Positions 28,899 through 38,798 are shown, counted from the first letter of the stretch. The stretch: DNA of 64,000 nucleotides from Candidatus Tayloriibacteriota bacterium (GCA_003151615.1 PLXZ01000001.1:67795-131794); one strand, 5' to 3'. The notes: generated by a model not told the origin, from the sequence alone. Translations and numbers: made by a program.

Positions 28899-30146
28899 CT
28901 ATTTGAGAGAGTAGAAGTGCTTGTTGCTTTGTGCTTTCCTTACTTTTATATTCCCCTCTGGCTGTGTCGCTTTTTTGATGGCCGTATTTATTTGATTCTT
29001 GCTATATTCCTCAGAAAGCATGTCGGCCAAATCCTGCTTACCCAATTCACCTTTTTCTTTGAGAAGAGCAGTAATGGCAATTATTGCTTCATCGACGGCA
29101 ACCTTGTCGGGATCATACGCGCCCGCGTACTGGAATTTCATAGTCTTGTCGGCTTCGTTTACTTGAATGTTTACCTCGAACGGATCCTGCGCTTGGTCTT
29201 GCCGTAGTTTTGCCTGTTCTATAGCCAAGGATTTTCCGTCTTCGGTTTTTTCTACTATGAGCAGTGCGTCAACTCCCGCGACAATATCAGACGAACCTCT
29301 GAGGCTGTTGCCGGACTTCTTTCGCCCCGCAGGCTCTTTCCGGTAGTGGTGGATAAAGATTACATTCGCGCCGATGCTCGTAATTTGCTTGAACTTATTC
29401 ATAACAGCAGAAATGCTTTTAGCCTCATTTTCGTCGCCTTTGTGAATACGGACGAGAGAATCGAAGACTACGAGCTTTATATTTTTTTCCGTAATCATTT
29501 TTTTCAATGTCGCAAGGCTTTTATCTTCCTCAATGAAAAAGTCCTGCGCGTCCTGCTCAAGGTAGCAAATCGAGTGGTCTGAATTGATACCGAGCTGGCG
29601 GAATCTTTTTTGTAAGTGTCTGAAATTATTTTCCTTGTCAACAAACAGCACCGCACCTTTCGTAACTTTGAATTTTCCGAGAAAATCTTCACCTGATGCC
29701 ACGCACCGAGCTATGTCGAGCGTAAGCCAGGTTTTGAAGCTTCCAGGCGCTCCGCCGATTGCTGTTATTGACTGTTCAGGAATGAGACCTTCCACCGCCC
29801 ACACTTCCGGCCCGAAATCTTTAGCGAGAATTTCACCAACATCGACAATCTTGAAATCTACTGCAGGGATTTCCTGAAAGTTTCGTGTCTCTTTGACTGC
29901 CTTGTTGTCCGTTTCTTTACTTTCAATTTCTGGCTTATCAAGAGCGTCAAGCCATTCACCTTTTTCCCAAAACTTATGGCATTCACCACATTCCCCACGG
30001 CCTGTTTTGATGTCGATGTTGAAAGTACCCATTGGACGGCTTTGATTGTCCACCCTCCAACAAAATGGACACTGTATAGTTCTAACGTTTCCGTTCGGGG
30101 TATACAGCACACCCCTTTGTTTTAATTCTTGATCGATATCATTCAT
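28899..30146 (-). CDS. Zinc-finger + AAA_25/RepA-type SF4 helicase
   Basis: CPFC...CGEC; GAPGSFKT Walker A; VVFDSL; IHHYRK; LRGSS. Confidence 0.85.
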   Translation of the reverse strand: MNDIDQELKQRGVLYTPNGNVRTIQCPFCWRVDNQSRPMGTFNIDIKTGRGECGECHKFWEKGEWLDALDKPEIESKETDNKAVKETRNFQEIPAVDFKIVDVGEILAKDFGPEVWAVEGLIPEQSITAIGGAPGSFKTWLTLDIARCVASGEDFLGKFKVTKGAVLFVDKENNFRHLQKRFRQLGINSDHSICYLEQDAQDFFIEEDKSLATLKKMITEKNIKLVVFDSLVRIHKGDENEAKSISAVMNKFKQITSIGANVIFIHHYRKEPAGRKKSGNSLRGSSDIVAGVDALLIVEKTEDGKSLAIEQAKLRQDQAQDPFEVNIQVNEADKTMKFQYAGAYDPDKVAVDEAIIAITALLKEKGELGKQDLADMLSEEYSKNQINTAIKKATQPEGNIKVRKAQSNKHFYSLK

Positions 30147-30155
30147 AATTTTTCG

Positions 30156-30305
30156 TTAATTTGGTAATATGATTTCAGTTTCATGATTACTGGAAAGTAA
30201 AGCCTGCTCGTCTAGAAGAGCGACCACGATTTCAGCAAAAACTCTCGCCGCCTGATCAGTGTCGGAAGAAATTTTTTTGTCTAAATTGTTGCTCTCCGTA
30301 ATCAT
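30156..30305 (-). CDS. Small hypothetical protein (49 aa, not in the ORF track)
   Basis: MITESNNLDKKISSDTDQAARVFAEIVVALLDEQALLSSNHETEIILPN; first gene of the replication operon. Confidence 0.45.
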   Translation of the reverse strand: MITESNNLDKKISSDTDQAARVFAEIVVALLDEQALLSSNHETEIILPN

Positions 30306-30415
30306 GGGGAGCAGGATAGCGCAAACAAAAAAAGCCCGAAATTGGGCTTAGTAGGTGTCGATGTTTTTGTGCCTATAGAATTGAATTTTTCAGTCTTGAA
30401 AAGTCCTACTAGACC

Positions 30416-31195
30416 CTATTCATCTACCTTTCTTATTTCAAGAAGATACTTATTTTTACTAAAATTTTTTATAGTCATCGGTAGACCAGCTTCTTTAAGT
30501 TTTTTGCGTAATTTTTTCAATGCAGATCTAAAAGAATCCTCGTCATTGTACGGCACAGCCCTCTCAAGTTCTATCCGTTCAACGGGCGTACCTTTTTTCT
30601 GAACCTTTTCATTTGGGAGAATAATTGTCGGATTCTCAAAAAATATATTCATCATGACGCCATGCCCTCTCTCTACAGGAAGTTCAGTATCGCCCCAAAT
30701 GATTTTGTCGCCTACAAAAGTAGGTAAGCCGCGAATTCGATGAAATTGTTTGACGAACAGATTTAATTTTTTGGGTGAATCTATTAGCTCTTGTAATTTT
30801 TTCTCATCGGTCGCGAGAATATCGGATCTTTTAAAATCAACAAACTTAGCATCTTCCGTTGCGATGGCATTCGTCAATTGCTTTATAATTTCGCTATCTC
30901 CAATCACAAACCCACCAGTTCGATCTTCGATCATTTCTTTTGTGGGAAAAATGTCGTAGTCTTCATTATTCGGATTCCAAGGAATAGTATGATAGTCAAA
31001 AAATTTCGCCTTACGGAAAAGGTCGAGTATTTCAATAATTTCTATCTTGGTTATGCCCAGCTCTTTTTGTAGAGATTCAAAACTCCAAATAGGACCTATC
31101 TTCTGTGCTTTGATTGCAAAGTAGGCTACTTTTTTGATATTCTCTTTTATTTTCTCTGATGACATAATTTTTAGTTTTAGTTTTTTCCTTACCAT
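30416..31195 (-). CDS. Hypothetical regulator with a C-terminal winged HTH
   Basis: ...SFRSALKKLRKKLKE...IKN...KYLL, OmpR-like wHTH ending. Confidence 0.6.
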   Translation of the reverse strand: MVRKKLKLKIMSSEKIKENIKKVAYFAIKAQKIGPIWSFESLQKELGITKIEIIEILDLFRKAKFFDYHTIPWNPNNEDYDIFPTKEMIEDRTGGFVIGDSEIIKQLTNAIATEDAKFVDFKRSDILATDEKKLQELIDSPKKLNLFVKQFHRIRGLPTFVGDKIIWGDTELPVERGHGVMMNIFFENPTIILPNEKVQKKGTPVERIELERAVPYNDEDSFRSALKKLRKKLKEAGLPMTIKNFSKNKYLLEIRKVDE

Positions 31196-31576
31196 AAGTA
31201 AGGAAAAAACTAGAAACTGCTAAATATAGGTTTAGAGCCGTATCCTTGATATCACTGCACATGCGGTTCTTTCGCGTAGAACCACGACCTAACACATACA
31301 AACCTATTTCCGTATTGAACAGTATTACTCTATCAGAAAAACGTCTGCTCGGCTTGTTCTGCCGATTGATGATTGCAAATACCTGTATCTATTGTACGAT
31401 TAAGCCACAATTGAATATATAAGTAGCCTAAACCATTTGAGCAATCAGTGGCATGGCGAAAATCCAGTCAAGGACAAAAACCCCATCGTGTGGGATTGCC
31501 TTGACTGGTCGTATCGGGAAACTGGTACGGGGAGCGCAAGCTCTCGCCCCGCGGTGGGATTTTTGTGTGCATTTTT

Positions 31577-32224
31577 ATGAAAACTATACTAGCTGATATA
31601 AAAAGTTTTTCAAAAAAGCCTGACTATGCAAAAGTCGGTAACAATATTCTGTATTCCATGTGTGAGAAATATCCAAGGCATGATAACGATTCTGAAATCT
31701 ATGCGAAATTTTGGCTTATTGGTAGAGCCTACGCTGTACAACTCGAAAGAAACAAAAGAAAAGTAAAAATTAAGGGCGATTTTTACAAACAAGTCGCAAA
31801 AACAGTTAAAAATAGATTCGACCAATTTTTGCTTCCTCTTAAAGGTAGAAATCTGACTACGAATGAAGACGTTCGTATCATTCTACAAATCCATAGGGCT
31901 GTAATGAAATTTATACGTAAAGAAATTACCGAGGATGACAAGAGGTCATTCGTATCAAAATATCTACATTTTCATTTTCGTGATCTATTTTTTATATACG
32001 ATTCAAAAGCTAGCAGTGTTATAAACAGTATAATTTCTCAATGTGGTTACGACGAAGAAAAAAGAGACTACAAAAAAATTATTAACGACACCGAATATGA
32101 CAAACCCTACGCTGATTTTTTTATAAAGTGTTTTTTCCTAAAAAAATATCTTGAAAAAAATGGTTGCAATTTTTCTTTGAGAGAGATTGATAGCTATCTG
32201 CTTGAGCGTGCGAACGCGGAGTAG
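31577..32224 (+). CDS. Hypothetical protein with an HhH-glycosylase-like SKYLHF...IYDS motif
   Basis: LIGRAYA, SFVSKYLHFH, FFIYDS, LREIDSYL. Confidence 0.55.
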   Translation: MKTILADIKSFSKKPDYAKVGNNILYSMCEKYPRHDNDSEIYAKFWLIGRAYAVQLERNKRKVKIKGDFYKQVAKTVKNRFDQFLLPLKGRNLTTNEDVRIILQIHRAVMKFIRKEITEDDKRSFVSKYLHFHFRDLFFIYDSKASSVINSIISQCGYDEEKRDYKKIINDTEYDKPYADFFIKCFFLKKYLEKNGCNFSLREIDSYLLERANAE

Positions 32225-32307
32225 CTATTCACACGAAGGTTTATTTTTTGAAGCGCAGTATTTAATATAAGGATAACGTCGGTTGAAATTTAATAATAAA
32301 AAATCAA

Positions 32308-32901
32308 ATGAAAAAATATTTTATCGCAATTACCGCTTTAGTTTTTGTCCTTTTGGTTGCTTTCGTTGTATGGTTAAATCCATTTTCATGGAATTGGAAT
32401 GCCTTATCTAATGCTCATACATCAACACTAGCGCAACAAGACAATATTTGGCAAGCCTACACTTCGACAGCAGATCATTTCAGTATTTTGTTTCCCGGTT
32501 ATCCTATTACCAGTTCGAAAACTTCTACGACAATTGGTCTAGGGCCGTGTACGATTGACACTACGTATGTTGTTGAACAAAATCAAAATGCTTTTCTTGT
32601 CCAAGATTATATTTTTAAAAATTCTATAAAGTCTTATAACCCTCAAACATTTCTTGAGTATATCTTAGATAACGAGGATACGGGACAGAATTTGCAACTC
32701 GTGTCATCAAGCTCTAGTACTTATAATTCCTATCCAACATTGGATTACATAACTAGAGGACCTGGGGGCGTGTTCTTTAAGGGACGCATGCTTTTAATAG
32801 GTCAAATAGTATACGACTTGTCCTATGAATATCAGGTGAACATTACGCCTCGTGTCGATGCGGATTATCAGAAATTTATTTCTTCGTTCCAAGTTCAATA
32901 A
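32308..32901 (+). CDS. Membrane-anchored PsbP-like domain protein
   Basis: N-terminal TM; FSILFPGYP...FISSFQV. Confidence 0.65.
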   Translation: MKKYFIAITALVFVLLVAFVVWLNPFSWNWNALSNAHTSTLAQQDNIWQAYTSTADHFSILFPGYPITSSKTSTTIGLGPCTIDTTYVVEQNQNAFLVQDYIFKNSIKSYNPQTFLEYILDNEDTGQNLQLVSSSSSTYNSYPTLDYITRGPGGVFFKGRMLLIGQIVYDLSYEYQVNITPRVDADYQKFISSFQVQ

Positions 32902-32907
32902 AATAAT

Positions 32908-34272
32908 ATGTATAAAAAATTAAAATCTAATATGGTGTTAAAGGTCATTTTAGGGGCATTGTTTATCATTGCATTAGTTTTTATATTTAAATTTTCCGCC
33001 AGAAATAATGACAATAGCGACAATAACACAGAAATCAGCGGACAAAGTTATAACTTGGCACAAGGTGGTTTCTCCCTATTTTTTCCAAGCCAACCAACGT
33101 TTTCTACTTCAACCCAAGATTTTTTTGGAAGTGGAAACATGGCATTGGATGATACTTATGACTTTAGTAGCACGGATGGAAGTATCTATTTGGCGGCTAC
33201 CTACGCAAATTCGGTATTTGCGGGTCTAACATCTTCTCCTGAAGAAAATCTGAAAAGTGAGTTATCCCATACATCGCTTGGTTATAATTTAATTTCTTCA
33301 AACATTACAGAGTACGATGGTTTACCGGCAATAGATTATTTGATGTATGGTACGACTACCAACATGTATGTATCTGGGAGGGACATTGCGAAAGGTGGTG
33401 ATATATACATGATTGAATATAGTTATCCACCTGGAAAAGAAAACAAACAGCTTGAGCAAAATTTCTTTGGCTCATTAACCTTTTCAGCTGTTGCACAAGA
33501 TTCCTCCGATAAGAGTACTGTACAACCTCAGTCAGAAACACAGCCTACTCAGACTGTACCACCTGCGAAATTAACTAGTCCGTCTGTCAGTCTTTCGCCT
33601 TCTCTCATTAACCAAATAGAGCCGACAATTGTTGAAATAAACTGTTGGTCAGGCGAGAACGCGACCACAGTAGGAACAGCGGGATCAGGTGAAGCTCTTA
33701 TGGCAAAAGGGTCTATCGTATTCCTTAGTAATTATCACGTCTACGCCGAGGCGTACACAGGAACACAACCACCTAATTGCTACGCTACTTTCCCCGAACC
33801 TCCTAATTTTTCAGACAATCCTTACTATGGAGATTATCAGATAAGTTTGTTGGCTTATAAATATAATCCTGACACATATCAAGATGAAGCTCTTTTTGTT
33901 CTCGGGGCACCACTTACTTCAACTAGTACATTGGATCAAATTCCCACACTAACAAGTCTACCCCTCTCAGGGCTAACATCTGATTGTTCTAATGTAGAAG
34001 TCGGCGATAAATTAACTATTTTTGGCTATCCAGCATCAGGTAACGCACTAGGGATTTCAGAAACTGTAACACAAGGAATAGTGAGCGGCATCGTACCTGG
34101 GCCAATCTATAAAACAGATGCTCCGATTGACCACGGCAATTCTGGCGGTATTGCCATAAGAGATTCTGATTCTTGTATCCTCGGTATACCGACATTAGGC
34201 GTATCGGGTCTTACGGCGGGTATAGGATATATACAGTCGACATATCTTCTTGGTGAACCGACGACTGATTAA
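32908..34272 (+). CDS. Membrane-anchored PsbP-like + trypsin-like serine protease
   Basis: TM; PsbP-like domain; SNYHV (His), QDEA (Asp), DAPIDHGNSGG (Ser). Confidence 0.8.
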   Translation: MYKKLKSNMVLKVILGALFIIALVFIFKFSARNNDNSDNNTEISGQSYNLAQGGFSLFFPSQPTFSTSTQDFFGSGNMALDDTYDFSSTDGSIYLAATYANSVFAGLTSSPEENLKSELSHTSLGYNLISSNITEYDGLPAIDYLMYGTTTNMYVSGRDIAKGGDIYMIEYSYPPGKENKQLEQNFFGSLTFSAVAQDSSDKSTVQPQSETQPTQTVPPAKLTSPSVSLSPSLINQIEPTIVEINCWSGENATTVGTAGSGEALMAKGSIVFLSNYHVYAEAYTGTQPPNCYATFPEPPNFSDNPYYGDYQISLLAYKYNPDTYQDEALFVLGAPLTSTSTLDQIPTLTSLPLSGLTSDCSNVEVGDKLTIFGYPASGNALGISETVTQGIVSGIVPGPIYKTDAPIDHGNSGGIAIRDSDSCILGIPTLGVSGLTAGIGYIQSTYLLGEPTTD

Positions 34273-34298
34273 ATTAATTATCAATAAATAACAAAAAA

Positions 34299-34475
34299 AT
34301 GAAAATAGCACTTGGATATATTTTTGTTTCAGTTGGTTTATTTTTCTGGATTCTATCAGTCCCTAATAACTACAACTCTTGGGTAGAGGCAATATCGTTT
34401 GCAGTCTTCATTGTGGGGTTAGGATTGTTGATTGACGGAAAGATTGAAGCTAATAATAAGGCTAAGGGTAATTAA
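34299..34475 (+). CDS. Small two-TM protein (58 aa, not in the ORF track)
   Basis: MKIALGYIFVSVGLFFWILSV...ISFAVFIVGLGLLIDG. Confidence 0.55.
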   Translation: MKIALGYIFVSVGLFFWILSVPNNYNSWVEAISFAVFIVGLGLLIDGKIEANNKAKGN

Positions 34476-34498
34476 ATATATTATTTCCATAAAAAAAT

Positions 34499-35056
34499 AT
34501 GAAAAAATACGCATGGATTTGGATAGTGATTATAATAATATTTTTGATGATAGTTGCCTTTTCAATTGGACAAAATTCAAATAATTTAACTCAGCCCGTA
34601 GCAACAGCGAGCGATAATTCGTCCCAATCGCAAGTTACGAAACAGTCAATAACACCGCCAACTACAGATAATACGACAAAAAACATGAACCCTGTCTCAG
34701 ACGCTCAAAATAATTGTACTTTACAAAATTGGGAATCAATAGTCGAAGTAAACAATCCAAACACAGTCGAGGCTAATTCGCAGTTTTCCATACATTACAA
34801 TAGTACCTTAGGAAAATGTTTTGTGGAGATAACATCTGTAGATCCAGCTACCAGTAATAATGATTATGTTTCGTCTACATATGATGCCATTGCTGACACA
34901 TCAGGGGTAAATACACCAGAAATCTTGTTTCGAGACACATGGGATTCCTTATCGTCTGGTCAAGGTGGTTACGCCGCAACTAAAAGTCCTGCGGGTGTAG
35001 TACCGATATCAAATGATGAGTTTGGGACACTTCGACAAGAATACATGGAGAATTAG
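34499..35056 (+). CDS. Membrane-anchored surface protein
   Basis: N-terminal TM, S/T/N linker, HYNSTLGKCFV. Confidence 0.65.
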   Translation: MKKYAWIWIVIIIIFLMIVAFSIGQNSNNLTQPVATASDNSSQSQVTKQSITPPTTDNTTKNMNPVSDAQNNCTLQNWESIVEVNNPNTVEANSQFSIHYNSTLGKCFVEITSVDPATSNNDYVSSTYDAIADTSGVNTPEILFRDTWDSLSSGQGGYAATKSPAGVVPISNDEFGTLRQEYMEN

Positions 35057-35453
35057 ATAATATAAAAATATTAATTCGGTAGACATCTCTATGTCCCATA
35101 TGCCAACAACCTCCCAGTTACGGGAGGTTGCGAGCGTTCATCAGATCAGCACACCTAATAATTAACCACATATGAAAAACGTAATAATCAGACATACCGC
35201 ATGCGGGGGCCGAAACCCGCACCGCTATTCTAGTCCCATGCATATTTTTATGCAAGTCTACCCTTATAAATCCACATGTTCGACTGTGTTACTTCGCGTT
35301 AAACAGTCGTAAATCATAAAACAGGTAACGGTACAACCTCACGCTGTAGCGACTAAGAGCGCATGTGTTTTACGCGAATAACGCGATAGCAGAGGTTGAT
35401 TGTCAAACAGGTTCCGCATACAATGAGCATATTATTAGCCATTATTAACGATT

Positions 35454-35975
35454 ATGCGCATGTCTCAACACACAAAAACTGTTAACAGCACACACCCACG
35501 CATTGATATCCGCAACTATGTTACGAATTTCTTACAGTGCATCAGGGAAAAAGAGGGGCGAACATTCAGAACCAACCACGACGGCGAAGTCGCCTATATG
35601 AAACAGCTACTCAATGATCCGAAGTATACGGCATTCAAATCAATGGACGATTTTCGAACAGGCATTCCGTTTTGGCATAAACAGGAAGTAGACTGTGTAC
35701 CCTCAAATCTCGGAGGCGGTCGCGGATCCATTTTTTACTTTATCTGCAACTGCTGTAATAGACGAATGAAATATCTCTATAGGTACAGCGAGCTTGAATC
35801 GCCCCTCTGCCGTGTATGTTGCAGATTGAAGTACGAAGCACCGACGAGAAAGGCAAGGATGTTTTCAAAACTGCTACGGAAAACGTATCTTTCATCAGAG
35901 GACAAGTATTTAATCATACAGCGAGCAGGTATCACGCTAGATGACTTAAACTACCAAGCAAACACCGCGTTCTAA
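35454..35975 (+). CDS. Zinc-finger hypothetical protein
   Basis: GGRGSIFYFICNCCNRR...LY...CRVCCRLKY. Confidence 0.65.
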   Translation: MRMSQHTKTVNSTHPRIDIRNYVTNFLQCIREKEGRTFRTNHDGEVAYMKQLLNDPKYTAFKSMDDFRTGIPFWHKQEVDCVPSNLGGGRGSIFYFICNCCNRRMKYLYRYSELESPLCRVCCRLKYEAPTRKARMFSKLLRKTYLSSEDKYLIIQRAGITLDDLNYQANTAF

Positions 35976-36189
35976 GCGCGAGAGCCATCCGCCCTTGCGT
36001 TCTTTTTCGTAAACCAATGAAATGTATACTTACTCGGCTTCTGTCGCTATCTGCCGCGTTCCGTTTTTTTTCAGTTTCTAGTTTCTTGGGCTATATAGTG
36101 GACAAAAAACTAAAAACTACACCATATGGAAAAAATTTCCAACAAAAAACACCCTGGCAAAAGAGTGTTTTTATTTTTACTGCGCTATA

Positions 36190-36348
36190 CTATCCGATCG
36201 ACACCAAGAGCCAATTGATGCTCTTGTGGCAGTGAGGACACGGCGGAAAAGTTTTCCCCGCGGTCATGTGAATGACTCGGTGATGACCGCATTGTCCCTG
36301 AGACTGATAGTTACCCGTTGTCGAGCACTTCTGGCCTGTATGGTTCAC
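36190..36348 (-). CDS. YjzC-like small zinc-ribbon protein (52 aa, not in the ORF track)
   Basis: MNHTGQKCSTTGNY...CGH...GKTFPPCPHC...W. Confidence 0.6.
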   Translation of the reverse strand: MNHTGQKCSTTGNYQSQGQCGHHRVIHMTAGKTFPPCPHCHKSINWLLVSIG

Positions 36349-36814
36349 TGTTTTTTAAATTCACTTTTATAACCGAGCTGATGCACCTGTGGATACCGTA
36401 GTCATTGTCCCCGACGGCCGTCTAGGGTACAATTGAAATGTTCGAGTTTCAAGACATCTGAGTGTGTCTAGCTAGGTACCTCTGCCACACAGGGGTATTT
36501 TGCTTTTTGGAATTTCCAGTGAATTTGATTAGAGTGGGACTTTTCTATCGGTTTTACCCGCGCAACTACTACCACTTTCATAGAAGGACTACTGTACAGC
36601 TAGTCCTAGGAATACTATCATATTTGGTAGACATTGAGAAGTAAAATTGCGTCATTTTGAATACAAAGATATAAAAAATAGCGTATGTAAATCCATAGGT
36701 GAAAAGTAGGCTCTTACAGAGCCATAAAAATGGCATTAAAATTAAATTTTAATGAGTAAATTAAACATTAAATATAGGAAAATCAAACTAAGCTATAATT
36801 TACACGGAAGCATG

Positions 36815-36842
36815 TTGACAAGAAGTAATGGCTTGATATGAT
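36815..36842 (+). promoter_or_regulatory. Sigma70 promoter, probably leaderless transcript
   Basis: TTGACA-N16-TATGAT, 6 nt before the ATG at 36849. Confidence 0.65.
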
Positions 36843-36848
36843 AGCCGT

Positions 36849-37235
36849 ATGGATAAATACAAGTTCGTAGAATTCAAATCTACAGGTAGTCGTTTCAACC
36901 TAGTTATCACTCTTGGAAAAGCCGAGAGGTTTTATCTTGGCAGTTCCTTTTGTACCAAGTACGATATTTTTTCAATGGTCGGGGTCAAACTTTTTTACGA
37001 CAAGACTAATAACGCCGTCGGTTTTCGATTTGTAAAAGAAGCCGAGGAGGGCATGGTCGGTATTAAGAGCTTGGATGATAAATCGGCGTACATAAACGCA
37101 AAGGCATTTTTGGGCATCAACGATATTGATCCGCAAAAATATATCGGAAGATACCATCCTGTAGAAGTTACAGACGACGGTGGCAGAAAAGTTTTTGTTG
37201 TCGAGCTTAAGGAAGCTGATAAAAAAACCGTTTAA
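36849..37235 (+). CDS. Hypothetical protein
   Basis: 128 aa with a clear upstream promoter. Confidence 0.7.
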   Translation: MDKYKFVEFKSTGSRFNLVITLGKAERFYLGSSFCTKYDIFSMVGVKLFYDKTNNAVGFRFVKEAEEGMVGIKSLDDKSAYINAKAFLGINDIDPQKYIGRYHPVEVTDDGGRKVFVVELKEADKKTV

Positions 37236-37265
37236 CAAAAATCTCTTCCCCCTCCCTCCCGTATT

Positions 37266-38123
37266 TTAATTAGATTTCTTTGACCGTTTCTTGCTTGGGA
37301 GCAAATTCTTTTTTGCTTGCTTCTCCATGAGTTTCATCTCTTTTTTAATCTCCTTAATATGCTTTTCTGGCTTGAGATTTTCGGGTAAATCACCGCCTAT
37401 ATCCTTTATTGTCTGTCTGACTTTTCCACCAACCATGTTGTGTGTCCTCTGCGCGGCGCTATCACCCCTTACTCTGTCTTTTTTTAACTTTTCATCAGTC
37501 TGAGTAATGCGAAATAAATTGGCGGCAAGTTCAGTTGCGCCGGCTCGATCAAGCAGTTCGCCTTTTTTGATACCCTTTTTTACTTCTACGTCTGAGAGAG
37601 GAGCGCCGTACAAGCCACGATAACCAGCGTCGTTGAAAAGTCCAAAATGAGAAACCCCCGCCTCTTTCGCTGTTTTAAAAAGTTTTTTATTTTCACTAGT
37701 AACTTCTCCCCGAATGAATAATCTTTTTTCTGCATCGGGCAGTTTATCAAAAATTTCTTGTCTTCTCGTCTGAACGGCAAAATAGGTTTGAGCCAAAGCT
37801 ATTTGTGGTATTTTAGGATCTCCATTTTGAGCTATCAAATAACAAGCGTATCGGTCTAATTTCCAGTCTTTGACAGCTCTTTTTCCACCAGACCCAATAT
37901 CTACCAATTTAGTCAATTGGCTAAAATGGTTCTCGACTATTTGACCGCTATTTAGAGCGGCACGAGCGGCACGAGTTACGACCTCATTAAAGGCTTGCCA
38001 TGTTGCGTATCCAAGCAAAGGAAACAACTCTCGAGCCGTCCAAAACTCGATACCATTTTCATCAACTTCTTTAATCTCCTCGAACCCTTTGTTCGGCCCG
38101 CTTATAATAATTTCTTCTGGCAT
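37266..38123 (-). CDS. dinD: DNA damage-inducible protein D (BRO-N domain)
   Basis: EFWTAREL..LLGY..W, LDRYACYLIAQNGDP, AQTYFAVQTR, ELAANLFRITQT. Confidence 0.9.
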   Translation of the reverse strand: MPEEIIISGPNKGFEEIKEVDENGIEFWTARELFPLLGYATWQAFNEVVTRAARAALNSGQIVENHFSQLTKLVDIGSGGKRAVKDWKLDRYACYLIAQNGDPKIPQIALAQTYFAVQTRRQEIFDKLPDAEKRLFIRGEVTSENKKLFKTAKEAGVSHFGLFNDAGYRGLYGAPLSDVEVKKGIKKGELLDRAGATELAANLFRITQTDEKLKKDRVRGDSAAQRTHNMVGGKVRQTIKDIGGDLPENLKPEKHIKEIKKEMKLMEKQAKKNLLPSKKRSKKSN

Positions 38124-38258
38124 ACCGCAATTATAAACTTTTTGTTCATGACGCGCTACCCATTGATTTAATAAAAAGTAACCTATTGTACAAGCCTTGC
38201 ATGTATTCTGTGTCAGACAAAATAGTTATAATAATCTCCTGAAGGCGGCACAAAGTTT

Positions 38259-38765
38259 TTACATCAAATACTCCTTATGAAGAGTGACGGATAATCCGGC
38301 TTTTTTGGCCTTGTCTATGGTGTCCTGCGTGCCGACGCTTTTGTTTACCTGAAAGGCATAGACCTCGTCGGAAACTTTGACTTCTTCGGTGTCCCTCATG
38401 AAATAATGCTCCTGCGTAATGGTGTGATAGGGCATTTCGACAAGACTGGCGGGATTAATTTTTTTGATTTTCCTTAAAACTGAAGCCATGCCGTCTATAT
38501 CTTTTTTGGTGATCGGTTCGTGACACCAGTTGAGGTAGTAGTCACTGATAAAATCTTCAAGATAAGCGGGAATGATTACTTTCAACCTTGAAGCATCCGG
38601 CTGGAGTTTCATAGCTTCATCCATTGCAAAATAATCAACGCCGGTACCCCCCCCTGTGAGCACAGCGTCACCGCGGCCGATAACTTCGCGCACCGAATTT
38701 CTGACGTCTTCTTCAACCTGTCTGTTTGTCAGTCTCCATGTTCCCGTGAATAGAATCCATTTCAT
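38259..38765 (-). CDS. SLOG/DprA-like nucleotide-binding protein
   Basis: LFTGTWR, LTGGGTGVD, SVGTQDTI. Confidence 0.7.
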   Translation of the reverse strand: MKWILFTGTWRLTNRQVEEDVRNSVREVIGRGDAVLTGGGTGVDYFAMDEAMKLQPDASRLKVIIPAYLEDFISDYYLNWCHEPITKKDIDGMASVLRKIKKINPASLVEMPYHTITQEHYFMRDTEEVKVSDEVYAFQVNKSVGTQDTIDKAKKAGLSVTLHKEYLM

Positions 38766-38798
38766 GGGTGGATTATAGCAGAAAATGAACCGGGTATT

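Larger units (their letters stand above)
26848..38251. mobile_element. Genomic island 2 (~11.4 kb), satellite/PICI-like, at tRNA-Lys
   Basis: Integrase abuts the tRNA; GCAC core at 26844-26847 and 38248-38251; imperfect inverted arms TTCAGTAGAATTTATAACCAT and ATAGTTATAATAATCTCCTGAA; RepA-like helicase; core-type genes resume at 38259. Confidence 0.75.

Noticed and set aside
35105-35400. Several hairpins between 35056 and 35454
   Set aside because: The first is adequately explained as a terminator; the rest are short and I could not build a coherent structure from them.
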